Of a stretch of 64,000 nt of DNA, positions 49,033-63,079 are shown piece after piece (the first letter of the stretch is position 1; each line of letters opens with the position of its first letter). The notes under the pieces were generated by a model. That model saw nothing but the letters and a program-made list of their open reading frames with translations, made no database searches and was not told the origin of the DNA. The translations under genes and the position numbers were made by a program. The stretch comes from Syncephalis fuscata S228 (taxonomy: Eukaryota; Fungi; Zoopagomycota): contig JAHLTZ010000043.1 of NCBI GenBank assembly GCA_025786725.1, positions 108,966-172,965 on the forward strand, in the 5' to 3' direction.

Positions 49033-52000
49033 GGTGTCCGCTAATTAGATGATAGTTCTATATTAGTAAGTTGAGCGAGAAATAAGCGAGTTTTACAATA
49101 AATTAATTTAAATGGTAATATTGACAAAAAAGTACAGTACTGGTAATGAATACAAAATCGTCAGGTACATCAGACTTATCTTTATTGGGGTTGAATAGCC
49201 ACATGCATAACAGTGTAGTGAATTCACATACCTCTGCTACCGTACCTGTTTTTATAAAACTGGTTGATGAAGGCCTTTTGCATGTGCTACTATGCATGAG
49301 TTGTTCATAGCATTAGCATTAAAAATCCTAGACATTGTACTCAATAATAATTGCTAGCAACAAACTCACTACTAGGCTGGCATGTAAATGGACGTATCTA
49401 TTAATATTTACTAAATTGTTAACATCTAGCTTATTTGCTTGCGATGCTATGCTTTAATACACTATATAGCACCTAATAGTTTTTTGTTTTTTAGTGCCAG
49501 CACGTGAGTCCTCATGCACACAATTATTTGGTCGCATGCAGCTTCAAGTTTAACTGATACAGTGCGACATAGCTGTAGCTACTCTTTTGTTGGTCTATTA
49601 GAATAGAAATCAAGTCTCAAAACTTGCATGTTAAATAATCATTACAGAAATGTTAGAAATAAATGTAATATGTCAAAAATTAGTTGTAAGCAATCATTTT
49701 GCATATCATATACCTTAAATGCATAGATTTTATAAAGAACTTACATTCGTAATAGTAATTATAACTAGTATGAGATGTTCAAGCAACCTCACTCTAAATT
49801 TTCCTGCCCAGATTGATTCAACAATAACAAAAATATTTATAATTGTCATAGCATTCCGATTCCACATCGTTCGAAAGTATTTGCAGATTGGATAGTATAA
49901 CGAGTAATAGTTACTAAACTAGTTTTTTCTTCGAAAAGCAGCAGCAGCAATTATAATAGATGTATAAAAATAATTAGTTTGTCAAACTAAAAAGATGTTA
50001 GTATTAAACACTCTACATAAAAAAAACTTATTTATCTTAATAGTGGCAAGTGTTCTACAACAAAATTGTCATTTTAGCAAAGATCAATTACGTCTAATGG
50101 GCAATGAGTATGCTTTTACTGCTTATAATTAATATAATTATTGCCAATAGATCCTTTACTTAACACAACTTTGAATTATATAATATTAGCGTAAAAATTA
50201 ATGCACAATTAAAACCTAGATAATTGTTTGTATGTCTATATTAAACATATGTTATTTGTGTGGCAGTATAACAATATTGAATCACAAAGTAATAGATCTG
50301 ACAAAATATCTTAATTTTGGAGCTGTAATGATATACTAAGATTGATTTGCAGACTAGCAAGGATGCATATGGAATTTGCCATCGTCAAATGCTAATTTCA
50401 CAACTTGTCCTATTGTAGTTTTAGCGCGTGTATCTAGCATAAAACATTTCCATTATTGCCAAATAAATCATTTGTGCATCAATATTGCTGCTGATCGATA
50501 CTATTACATTGTTGCTGCACGCTCAAATCTAATTGCATCTGACTGGACAATCTGATGGGTAGTGACATTACATACCAATCAGTTGTTCACTGATCATATT
50601 CCATACATCATGCATCCAACAACCTGTGCTAATAAAGGGTAAATGGCATTGTGTATTAATCAAATATACACTAACCATATGCTATGCACTGTGCGTTGAA
50701 TAGTCTGCAATAATGGGTCATAATAATATTAAATATTGCCACTTTATACGCTAATTATATGGTATGCATTCTACATATTCATAAACATAGAATAACCAGT
50801 ATTCTAAAACATCGGCACTGGTAATACAACTGGGCTACTAGTACCATATGCTTTAGATATGAATTCGACACCAACCAAGACCATTTGGCAACTGTTGTCT
50901 AGTCCGTTTATACGCCAGGGTTTAGCCAATGGGGCTATTCAACTTTTAATCATGCTGTATGTTGCAAACAAAATTGCATTAATTATATTTATTCGGCTAT
51001 GCAAACTATTAGTAATAAACACATGGTTTCTTTTAATTACATATAACTATACTACTATGTCTATGGCCATGTTTAATTTGCATCCAGTGGCTAGTAAACA
51101 TTAAGCAAAGCAACATACTTTTGCTTTAATTCTATTTTACTTTATTTTCTTGAATATGAGCCATTGTATCATATTATTTGCAGCTTAGCTTTTTTAACTG
51201 ATGATGTGCACCATGTTTTGTTAAATTGCTTATTATTAGGCAGATACGATACTTTTGTAAAAAGCCTTATGGATATACCATTGTCTAGCACACTTTCTCA
51301 AACTCAAGTACACTAATACTATTACTTGCCCATAAGAAGTATCAACAGTATTATAATACAAAAATATTTAGCATAGACAATTTAAGATTGCGAATTGTTT
51401 ATCTTTTGTTTATTATTATTGATGGCTGGAATAGTAACAGCATATCTGGCTATGTTGGGCAGCATTGCACTCTGTTGTTATTTTGTCTTTATAAACAATA
51501 TATTAGCCATTTAGTATGGTATGGGATCAAATGTGTTTATTGATAATTTTTTAGTAAACGTGAGTTACTTTATAGATATTCAAATATAATAACAAAATAT
51601 AGACGCATTATTAATAGATTTGTAAATATCACTAGTCATAGTGTGGTATAATCACCATTGTTATACAGCATAATGATGGCCAACTAATTACCAGGTCTAC
51701 GTATTGCTACATGTTATAAGTTGCGATATAATCATTGCCAAATACTTGATCCAATATAAATTGCATACTTGACTTTGTCCCTTTGTTCTATTTTGCATTA
51801 TATCAAAGATGTAGTCGTAAGCCATGATTCTAGAAGCTTTTATTTTTACATTATGTCCCGTGTCTTTGTTAATATAAAGTAGAATAATTTGCTTATATTT
51901 TATGCTTTTTATGAGTAGTACACTTGTTTACAATGTCGTTTTTTATCAAATGACATTTATCTATACACTCTTCTATTTAAAATAAAGCTTGATTTGCTAT

Positions 52001-52613
52001 TTGCATAAGACAATTATAAATGCAGCATTGTCAAACACTAGCTAAACTAGCTTCAGTTTGTTTTATTTCCCATCAAACATTGGCAATACTGGCAATAGGT
52101 AAATGCATATAGTTTATTTTATTAATGATATAAATGTAGTTTTGTCTGAGTTACTGTTTAATTATTATCATATAATACTACAGATTTGTGGCAAGTTATT
52201 AGTAAACTAAATTGATAATTACTAACAAAGATTGCTTGAAATAGTAATAAATCCATGATGGCAGTAATTGACAACTAGACTATGCATGTGTAGTGTATAT
52301 ATATAAATAAATAGTCGACACATTAGGGACAAATCTAAAAGACGACTGATTAGTATTAGTATTTATTATTCTACTAAACATTTGCTAATACATGATAAAC
52401 CATTGAAGTACAACAATATTTAGCTGTAACCGATATATCAATATTATTATTAGACGACGGCTATTTGTAGTGTGTTACTTAGTGTTAATTTAATAGATAA
52501 AAATGGCTGTATACGTCGTTATAATTTTTTTGCTTCATTAATAGCCGTGCCAAAACAGCATTGTAATGAACGATATACATACAGAAGAAAATAACAACAT
52601 AGCATGCATATAA

Positions 52614-54055
52614 TTAAGCCCAACGACCAATGATGGTCATGGCCATAGCACCGAAGTAGAGCGCAGCAAAGTAGAGCGTCTTAACACGCCAGCTGCGCAA
52701 ATGAAACTTGCGGCAATTGGTAAACTCCTCAGCAATTAAATTGACCAATGCCATGTAAATAAGAACACCGGCCGAGAAAGCATCGAATATACCACGTACA
52801 AGTAGAGCAGAAGGTGAACGTGGACTGTAGGTGGAACGGATACCCATACCGATAGCCATGCCAATAGGTGTAATAAGAGCAAATACAGCCGCTAGTACAT
52901 AGGCCATCTTTCCACCACCGTTACGTTGACCGGTTGTCACTTCAGCAATACGTGAACCAAGTGCCACACCTTCAAAGAACTGATGGAAAACAATGGCTAC
53001 CAAAAGAGTTGCATAGGAAGAGCCAGTAGTAACACCAAGGGTCATACCAATAAGAATGGAGTGCAATGCAATACCCAATTCAAGAATATAAGTAGAAATA
53101 CGTAGTTGGGCATCTCTGTCCAGCAGAGCAACTACATCATGACAAGCATGACCACGACCATCCGGGTGATTGTGTGCGTGTTGGTGACCATGATGATCGT
53201 GGAGTTCGTCGTTGGCGTGTTCGTGTTCATCATGAGCGTGTTCGTGGATGTGCTGTTGTTGAATGTATGCCTCTTGAGCAGCTTGTTGATCAACAATCTG
53301 ATTAGTGCCGGTATTGGCATCACCAATGGTGGCAGATTGTTCAGTGGCGAGGGGTGGAGTGGCTGCAGATGTAGTAGAGCTTGAATGACGATGTCCTCGT
53401 GTAGCTGATTTTGTATCATCGGTTTTGTGTTTATGTGAATGCGAGCGTGATTGAGAACGACGTGCCTGTTCACCGGCCATGAATTCAATGAGTTGCAGCA
53501 ATAGCATAGCAATCATTGTGAAAAGTGGACCCCAAGTACTGAAATTGGTATTGAAACTTGATAGGCACTTGTCGGTAAGTGCCTCAATAGCTTCAGGTAG
53601 CATATGGATGAAACCAGTAGCTAGGATAACACCGGTACCGAAATGTTTGAATACATTGAGTACATGTTCGTGGGCATTAAGTCGCTTGACCCGGCCGGCA
53701 ATAAGGGCACCGAATACACCGATACCACTGGCGACCAAGATAATAAACACGGAAGCAATATGTAACGACTCGTCATAGTGTTCAAGGTCAAGTCGAGCCC
53801 CGCATTCTCCGTCGGCCTCGTGAGCATGATCAGCTTCCTCGGCAGCACTACCATGTCCATGTGCGCCATCTAAAAAAGCAGTAGTTGATAAAATAGCAAT
53901 GTTGCCATAATAGTATACTGATGAGTACAAGTGTATTAAATATATATATAAAGCTACTTACGACGACGAACAAGTTTGTGTATCTCTGCTGCTTGTACAC
54001 TAAGCGCAAAAAGCGCTACAGCTCCAAGTGTCAACAATGAAGTGAAACGGGCCAT
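52614..54055 (-). CDS. ZRT1: ZIP-family zinc transporter (Zrt1-like) with signal peptide and long His-rich loop
   Basis: KHFGTGVILATGFIHML, LELGIALHSILIG, FHQFFEGVALG, SAGVLIY. Exon 1 MARFTSLLTLGAVALFALSVQA spliced to the ORF at ~53870. Confidence 0.93.
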
Positions 54056-54352
54056 GACCAATAGTTATTGTAATGGTATTCTTGCTTGTGTTCTTGTTGG
54101 TAAATACAACTATAAGAAAGTTGTTACCAAGTAAAGAAAAGTCGTAATTACTATTACTAATAACAACAACACAACAACAAAAAAGATTTTTAAGCAAAGT
54201 ATGGATTATATCGTTAACACACGTATATGTCTGACTGGTCGAGTATTTATATGTTATACGTGTGGTAGAATTAAAGTGAAAGAAGCACAACTAGCGCCGG
54301 TGGCAATAACGCTTGACGGAGAGTAAAATAAAACGCCATTTTTCGATGTGTA

Positions 54353-54823
54353 ACCTTACAGGTACTCATTATTTTAGAAAATAGTTGGTTTCTTTTCAGT
54401 TTAAAATGCCTGCAATTTGTGGCATTCAATCTTAATATCGGTGTTACTTTGTTTGATAGCATCAATGGTTCTATAGTTTACAGTGATTATTAGACAGTAA
54501 ACCAAGTTGCCATGACAATTAGACTTGTTGATTACTACTGTTCCATGTCAATTATTGCGGTATTAGTTACCTGTAGGGTACTCATTGTGTACTAGATTTA
54601 ATAAGTACCTTACGAGTGATTCAGGTGGTCAAGGTTTTACAATATCTGTCCCAAGAAAGATCAGCCAATAGGGTACTAACCAGTGACCTGCAGGGTACTT
54701 GATGAAATGACTTATTTACCAAAAAAGCTACTGTAAATGGACTAGTCTGCATGTTATACACATGATAATAGGACTAGATTAGATGACTCATGTCAATATT
54801 ACTTTAGAACAGCCACTAGGGTA
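54353..54823. promoter_or_regulatory. Cluster of Zap1-type zinc-responsive-element-like palindromes upstream of the ZIP transporter
   Basis: ACCTTACAGGT (54353), ACCTGTAGGGT (54569), ACCTTACGAGT (54607), GCCAATAGGGT (54664), ACCTGCAGGGT (54686), GCCACTAGGGT (54812); most are flanked by ACT. The yeast ZRE is ACCTTNAAGGT. Confidence 0.6.
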
Positions 54824-54926
54824 GATATCAAATACACATGCTGTTTCTTATTGCATGAACTGGTGAAACCAACCAAGGATCTTAGATATTGACACAAGTT
54901 GTATGGTAATACAGTAATATTTATTC

Positions 54927-57900
54927 TTATGCCAAGTACTTGTAGGCATTGTGTTGATCCGGATCGCGTTCTAAATATTCACGTTCGATCAATGACTCAA
55001 TTCGTTTCTTTAGATCCGGCGGCTATAGTTATATTTATTAGTATAATTGATGGTAAAAAGAACGTGCAGCATTTGTATACTTTACCTGTATTTGGAACTT
55101 AATCTGTTCATAGAGCTCAGTACTCAATTCTACATGGGACAGCTGCTTGCGAGATTTCATGATACGCACAATGGCTGCATCAACCTATAATGAGCCATGT
55201 TAGATGGCACGCAAATAGATACAAGTCAGCTAGTTACTTGAAACTGACGATCTTGAAACACTTGCTCCCTTGTCTCTTCGTTCTCCTTGGCCTATGGTAC
55301 AGATATTATTCAAAAAAACTATCTTTAAATAAAATTTTAAAAACTTACCGTTTCTTTCATTTGAACTGAATTGATTTTAATACGAATTCGGGGCGCCTCG
55401 AATTTTGTATTAAATTTAAACCGGTCATTGTCCTTGTCTATAGCCATACCCTATATCATGATTTGTTTGTTGACTGACCTTGTATTACTTAACAAGCCAT
55501 AATTACCTTGACTGATTTTAAAAGAACGCGTGCTTTACCACAGGATAGTGATATCAGTGTGCGTTGCAATTCATCAGGTGCTATTTGTACAATTTATTAG
55601 CATTTTGTTATCGTTTTTTAATTGTGTAACTTACCAATACCTGTCTTTTTAAGAATATCCTGATATGACAGCGATCCACTAGCAGTAGCATCATTAAATA
55701 ACAGCAACACGATAGCCTGTAATAAAGATACATCCAACTCTTTAGCTCCCTATATATTTATAATGTATTAGCTATTAGGTAATGTACTTCAACCTGGCTA
55801 TACTTATTACCTTGGGAAAATATGCTTTTAGCCGACAATGACCCAACGAGTGTTGCCAGGTTAATATACGATTCTTGTGCTGGCTATTGTAAAATTGCTT
55901 AAATGCATCCTGATATTCGGCCATCTACATAAATATAAATCAGTATAAATCAATATAAATCTATATTATATCTATATGTCCAGTAATATTAATTACCTTG
56001 GGTGGTAGAATAATCTCCATTGGATGATAAGTAGGCCAAATGCCGTGTGTCAATACATTGACTTTCAAATCAACATCCTCTGACTTGATGTACCATTTAG
56101 ACTACAATACACTCAATAAGCATAATCTTCATTAGAGTGTAAAATAAACCACTTACTCCATGGAACATAGCGGATAGATCACGTGATATATCCATATCTT
56201 TAAACATGCCCTCTAATTTACTTGTAAATGCTGGACCACATTCTATTGATCACATGGATGATTAATATACTCTATATTATACACTATGCATTTCAATAAT
56301 TACCTGCTCTCAATTTGGCTAGCATCAATTTCTCCATATCCGATGATGCACTTCTATTAAGCAGTAACCGTTTGGCAAAATCACGTTTATAAAATGCTTC
56401 AAATACATCTTTGCCTATTATTAATCTTATTGTTAGTGTCATATCGCTAACAATCGGTTATAGATGAAATTACCTCCAATGAATCTAAATAATACTAAAA
56501 TGCGGTCCAGTATTGCTTCTAATTCCTCGTCACTGGCCGTCTACTCATACATCTATCGTTAACAAATGCAATCTACTTTAAAGCTACTATTACTTGCCTT
56601 GTTACCGGATTTCATCAACATATTTACATATTGAGCTAATATAATATATATATATATTAGTACAGTCCATATCCATATTATTATCTTGCTTACCGATCAT
56701 TTCAGCCGGTTTATTTACTCTGGTGTTAATGAATCCTTCAAAGCTCTCGACAATAGTATGTCCAAATGCTTGTGCATGTTCAAATGCATTCGTATGAATA
56801 TCGTCAATATGCTGTTTAATGCTCAATAGATCCTCGACCATGTGGCTATCCTGTTCCGGATCTGATACAATAGCCATGCCCTTTGACTATATATAACAAT
56901 TGATGTACATTACATTAATCAATATAAATAGATATTGTTAACAAATGAATCAATGCACACCTTAATGTAGCTGGCCAACGCATTACGTAATAAATCAAGT
57001 TGGCCAACTCGTTTACACAGCAAATACAGTCGTCGTAAATCGTTCATACGCTTTTCGTTAACGAGACCAGAAAATCCTATTATTTTAATATAATATAGCT
57101 TAGAATCATTTCCAACTTGTACTTTATTACTCTACCTTTATTAAGTAAACCTTGTATATTGCGTCGAATAAGACATTCTTCAACAGCTTGAATCAATTTT
57201 TGACCAGTCTTTCTTTCATCTAAATACATCGTTGAACGTTCCTGCTCCTCTTGTAATCGCTGTTCGCAATGTATTATAAATTCATGGGCATTCCAGCCAT
57301 CTGACTGCAATAGTCTATCTCCTTCCGTTCTGTAGAATACATCTGAGGCATGTAGAAATGGTGCCTCAAAGTGGCTTGTATAGAACGACAAATCACGATA
57401 CATATCAACAAGTGTCTTTACCAATAGTCGATTAATCGTCTCGCCTTGTCTATTTAAATGTTGGCATGTGGGTTAATAAGTAACGGTTAAATATCTATCG
57501 TATAGTTATATTACCGTTCTTGTTCAATTAGTTTCAATAGACCGGTAAGTACAATTGGTCCAATGAAGGTTTGATTTAGTATAAGATTACGGAATAGATT
57601 TAGATGCATATCCCTTGAACATCGAGTTAGTTATAGTTGTAACATTTCCATCTTTACCTACCAAATAGACTCGATAGATGTTGTTTGCAGTACAAATGTC
57701 CGATCTAGATACAGAAATATACTACGAATCATAATCTAGTTTATAATAAATATGGCAATGAGTACAAGCGTAACTTGAAACCTTTCAATGGATAGTTTAA
57801 TATTATTTTACTTACTACTTGATGACAATAGTTAGTCCACTCTTGATAAATTAGATCAAGAAATTCTTCATGGCCACCCGTGTATCTAGTATATTATTAT

Positions 57901-58726
57901 AAATATTATTATAATTACTATAATTATAACTAATATGCCACAATAACTTACGATTTCAACTGATTAGCAATAGATATTACATGTTGTTTGCTTTCTTCCT
58001 GTAGTCGATTGTATAGATTACCCGCCAATTTATGATAACACATATTCTCGCAAGTCTATTATTCAAAACATCAATATACTATATTGTATATAACTAGTAT
58101 TTGTTAGATCGCTTACACGGTATAATTCCTCCAAGCTATCAGTAACCTTTGTTCGTCGATAAATAGCAATAATAGCTGATTGTAATTTGCACCAAGAATC
58201 ATTCTCAAAGTTTTCTGGCAATTGAGGTTTAACTAGAATAGCAAATATAATAATTAATATAATTTGTCATTTATACAGTAATTTAAGTAAATATTTTTAA
58301 ATGCTTACCTTTAAAATTCTTAATCAATAATTTCTTTGGCTGATTGCGTTGCATCATTGATACTGAATTGCCACTAACACCACCACTACGACTATTGGAT
58401 GTCAGTCGGCTAGAAGGGGTAGCGACACCGGCAAATCTACTTGTTTCATCGCCTTTACTTGAAGGATAGCCAAGGGCGCTGCTACTGCCACTACTGCTGC
58501 CACTACTATGTTCGGGCCGAGGCTGGAGTTGAGATGACATTGTATAAGGGCGTTGTAATTGAACACTGCTACTGCTACTGCCACTACTGCCCAATTGACT
58601 ATATAGATTCTCGTTACTATTGTATTCAGTCTGGTCGCGACTATGGTTGTTGGCAGTAGAAGGAACAAAGGCTTTACTAGCTTCTGAACAATCGGTTGAT
58701 TTAGGTCGAGGACGCTTTCCAAGCAT
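54927..58726 (-). CDS. CUL4: Cullin-4
   Basis: [61 protein letters not shown], neddylation site [28 protein letters not shown]. Confidence 0.94.
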
Positions 58727-59565
58727 ACCGAGTGTAGATATTCAGCCTAGTTTGGTTATTTTCATAAACACACCAGCCGATTAAGAATCTACTTACTACA
58801 CGTAAAAATAGCGATTTCTGGTTGATCTGTTACCTTTTTGTTGTTATTAAAAAGAAGTAGAAACAATAGAATTGAAAGAACCGCCGTGACTATGAGATAG
58901 TTGATGGACGAATAATATTGCGTAGTAAGACAATCAGCATCGTAGACTTGACTCGATGTGGATTAAGCGTTTGACTGGATACTATTTTGTTTGTTATCTA
59001 TCTCATGTCCTTTAGTGTGTTAAGATATGCCATAGGTGCATTATATTATTATTATTAAAGTTTATGCTTAATATGGTTTAGTTATTTGTGCAATTAGTAT
59101 GACACTTTATTCTTGTATCTCTTTAGTATAAGAGACACTAATTGTGATATTGAGAAAGTAGTGTTGCAGCTACAGCTTTATATACATTGATAATATAAAT
59201 GTTTACGCTATCGACATCTATTTATTATAATTAGTAAGCAATATAAGATTGTTTTATGAGTGTCATATAAACGGAGTATTAGATACAAGACTGAAACGAT
59301 GAGTCAGAACGTAAGAAAAATAATACGTAATAGCAAAAATGTGCAATGTTGTGCTATAGATAATATTGGAATTGATTGATGTTATGTCTCGTATATTTCT
59401 TGCTTTATTCGTACTGATTCCACGTTTATTAACAACAACAACAGTAGCGGCAGTAGTAGTGGTAACAGCAGTACTAATATTATTAGCGAGCAGCAGTAGC
59501 GCCATAGCCGCAGCAACAGCAACAGCAATAACAGCATTAACGTTTACAATAAAACGTTAAACACA

Positions 59566-61694
59566 ATGTTAAAACTAAATAGAGCTGCTGTCACTATAAA
59601 TAATGAAGACGCGGGTCCACCTCGGGTAGAAGTAAAGATGACGCATTTGATGGCGTCGGCTATTCAGTTTATATCGTGTAAGTTGGCTCTTTAATATCTA
59701 TAGTCGACGTATTTTATTGACGTGCTTTACGTTCCCATTTACCTACTAGTTGACCAATTGACGCCGTCGCTAATTGAACAAGCATTTAAACAGGCATTTG
59801 ACCTTAGCGTGCTTAAGCACTATCAGCTGCAATGGCGAGACGAGGAAAAGGACTGGATCTATCTTACAGGTAGGTAGGTATAGACCTTTAATTATTTAAT
59901 ACAAGTATGTATATATTTCTAGATAGCCCGGAAATGATAGGTGTACTTCAAAGAACGGCTCGACAACTGTCCTATCGCTTACAAGTACAGAGTAGACATT
60001 ATGTCAAGGTAAGTATTAAGTAGTAGATGGTAGATAGTAAGCAGTTTAGCAGCTATCATCTAATAGCACAGAATATTAGACGGATATTTGTATGGGTCCA
60101 GTGAAACAGGATACAAGTGTACACGATCTTATTCACACTTATATGCGTGTACAAGATTTGTATCGAGCTGTATCTAATGTGAAAGTGCGGCTTGGAAAGA
60201 TTAAACATCTTATGGTGGTCACAAAGCCTGGTGATCCACATTTAATACCACTGACCCGCGAGTTAACGATCTGGTTGCTTGACACACATGGCGAACTTGT
60301 TGTCCACATCAACGAAGATCTTAAAGAAGAAATGCGCTTTAAGGCAGCCGAATTGAAGGCTCGTTACGGCAACCGTATCCATTACTGGCAACATGATATT
60401 GCTGAACGTGTCCAAGTCGATCTACTGGTGACCATGGGTGGAGATGGCACTGTTCTCTATGCCGCCAATCTATTTCAACATCAAGTGCCGCTTATTGTAC
60501 CGTTCCATTTAGGCTCACTAGGCTTTCTAACGCTATTTGAATTTGATAACTATCAGCGCTACCTTACACCACTTATGACCGATGGGACTGTGCTGGTCAA
60601 TCTACGATGCGCGTTAGTTGTTCCGTTTACAAGCATAACGTGACCAATGGCCATATAGAGGAGGAGGATCAGGAGCGGCGACTACGTATGCTTGCCATGC
60701 AAGATCCATCACTATCCGCTTGCGAGTGTTTATCGGCTACTTATGGCCGTGGCGTTAATCGCGACAACGATAATTACACCAGATATATTACTGATGTGAA
60801 TCAGCACAGTGATAATGACAGCGATAAAGGATCGGCGCCATTTGAACATCTTGAAGATAGCGGGGATACACAGAAGATATCGGGGCTAACTATCCACCGC
60901 CATCCGGTATGACGCCACCCATTATTACGCTAGGTAAAATGAAAAGAGATTTGGTCAATTTACGGCGTTCATCGGAGCCATTGAATGCATGTCCCGGTGA
61001 GAAAGTCGCTGAATACCAAGTACTTAATGAAGTGGTTATGGATAGAGGTGCCAATGCGGGTATGATTCAGGTTGATTTACTGGCTGATGATGTACCATTT
61101 ACAACCATTCTAGCGGATGGACTAGTTATAGGTAGGTGTAACAAGGAACTAAGTAAATCAACTGACTTATAACGATGATGGTCATTAGCCACGGCTACCG
61201 GGTCAACTGCTTATTCGGTAAGCTGTGATACTATAATGGACATGTACTATAATATCTAATTAATTGTTGCATTATAGTTATCGGCCAATGGGTCGCTGGT
61301 GCATCCTGAAAAGAATTCCATGCTTGTTACGCCCATCTGTCCACACACACTTACTTGTCGTCCAATGATTATCCCCGGTACAAAACGGCTTCGTATTGCT
61401 GTATCACAAAATAGTCGAAGTTCAGCCTGGGTATGTGGAAATGTATTTAAAAGCGAGTGGCTTATTAGTAACACTGCTGTTGTTTAGGCTTCATTCGATG
61501 GAAGGAATAGAATTGCATTGAATCGAGGTGACTCTATTGTAATTACGGCAAGTCAACATCCAGTTATTACAGTGTCTCGTGAAAATCAATCGATCGATTG
61601 GTTTAACTCGTTACGTGAAGTACTTAATTGGAATGAGCGAAAAACACAAAAACCTTTACTTTCTCCGTATTTCCCTGCTGAACACATGCAATAA
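59566..61694 (+). CDS. ATP-NAD kinase with N-terminal PB1-like domain
   Basis: GGDGTVL, FHLGSLGFL, LNEVV, ADGL, TGSTAYS, TPICPHTLTCRP, SFDGR, LNWNER. N-terminal exons encode RVEVK...YQLQWRDEEKDWIYLTDSPEM. Probable assembly frameshifts at ~60607 and ~60885. Confidence 0.9.
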
Positions 61695-63079
61695 TAATAA
61701 TAATAATAATGGTATTTAATACAAATACTGTTGAATAGTTTAATAGTTGTATGTTTTACTTCATAGATAGCGACTAAACGTTAAAAAATATATTTTTGAG
61801 TTAAAGTATATCAGAATATTGATGTAAATAACAATTCAATATCATTTATATTATTAATAAATAACTGAATCACAGAAACAAACAGCTATTTGTATAATTT
61901 TGACGCTGTCTGTAAAATACTTTTAATAAAACATTATTAGTAAATAGCAAGATGGTTAAGTAGAGAATAAAAGCAGTCTACCATAAATACAAGTGTGATC
62001 ATAGAATATATCGCTCATAAAGCAATAAGCATCAGTATAAACTAAAAGGTAGAGCAGTAAATAACCGGGTTAACGAATAAATAAGTATAATATAAATGTT
62101 GCCATAGATGAAACAACTAGCTAATTAGTAAAATAGAATAGAGTGAATACTGATTATTATAAAATGTGTAGATCGTGTATGTATTGATAGTGAGCATGCG
62201 CTACGCATAATTTGAATATACCTATATGTCGAGCAATTCAAAAGATAATCTCTATCTCTATATTTAGATCATGACACCATAACAACATTTTACTATTTTT
62301 ATTGTCAAGTGAATTAAACAAATGACTGACATTATATAGCAATAAAACTGATATTTGATTAGTACACTATCTGATATTGAATTGCTACGTATTTACACAT
62401 AATAGAGTTGTATATTTTATAATTAAAATTTTGCTAATACTACTTTACTATTTACTTGTATATACTTCTATGGAACAGATAGCCGACATAAATGATTCTA
62501 AGTGCGCATTTTGATCCAACACAAACAACAAATAGATATTTTCTTTTCTCCTGTTTAATAACTTAAAACAGCATGCAATCATTACTTATGATATGTAACT
62601 ATATGAATCCTCATTTTAGCTGGTCAACGACCTCATGAGTAAACACTTACTAACAATATACTCCGCTATTGTCTGATTTCTCCTCATTCGTTCACCCTCT
62701 CCTCAATTACCCTTATACAATCCAAACCATAATAGCATGTGTGTATTGTGCAGTTTTATTAAATGCCATGTACAATGTTTTTGTTTTCATGCGTTATTTT
62801 CGTTTAGCGCCATCGTTCTAGCTGTATCATTAATAGTTAGATCGTTGATAAACCCAGTCTAACATGATATGACGATAATGATTTGCTATAAGCTAAACCA
62901 GTAAGCCCTTGAACTGCCAACCTTTTCCACTGGTTTCTGCTTTGGTTTGTTCTTCTACATTACATCTTGCTTAACTTGTCAGAAGTGGTTTCAGGAATGT
63001 AAACAGAACTTAGGCCTTAGATGATTACCGATTGGTATACGATCCACAGCCACTATGCACTTGGAATTGCTGATATCTG

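Noticed and set aside
50200-51900. Possible decayed gene on the minus strand
   Set aside because: Coding-like composition, but too many stops to assign a frame or family by eye.
12300-60910. Single-base frameshifts in ceramidase, MRPL1, kinesin-3, RSC9, NSR1, GYP7 and NAD kinase as programmed frameshifting or pseudogenisation
   Set aside because: Nearly all are fixed by adding one base to a short homopolymer in otherwise conserved essential genes, the typical signature of unpolished long-read assembly. No shared slippery site.
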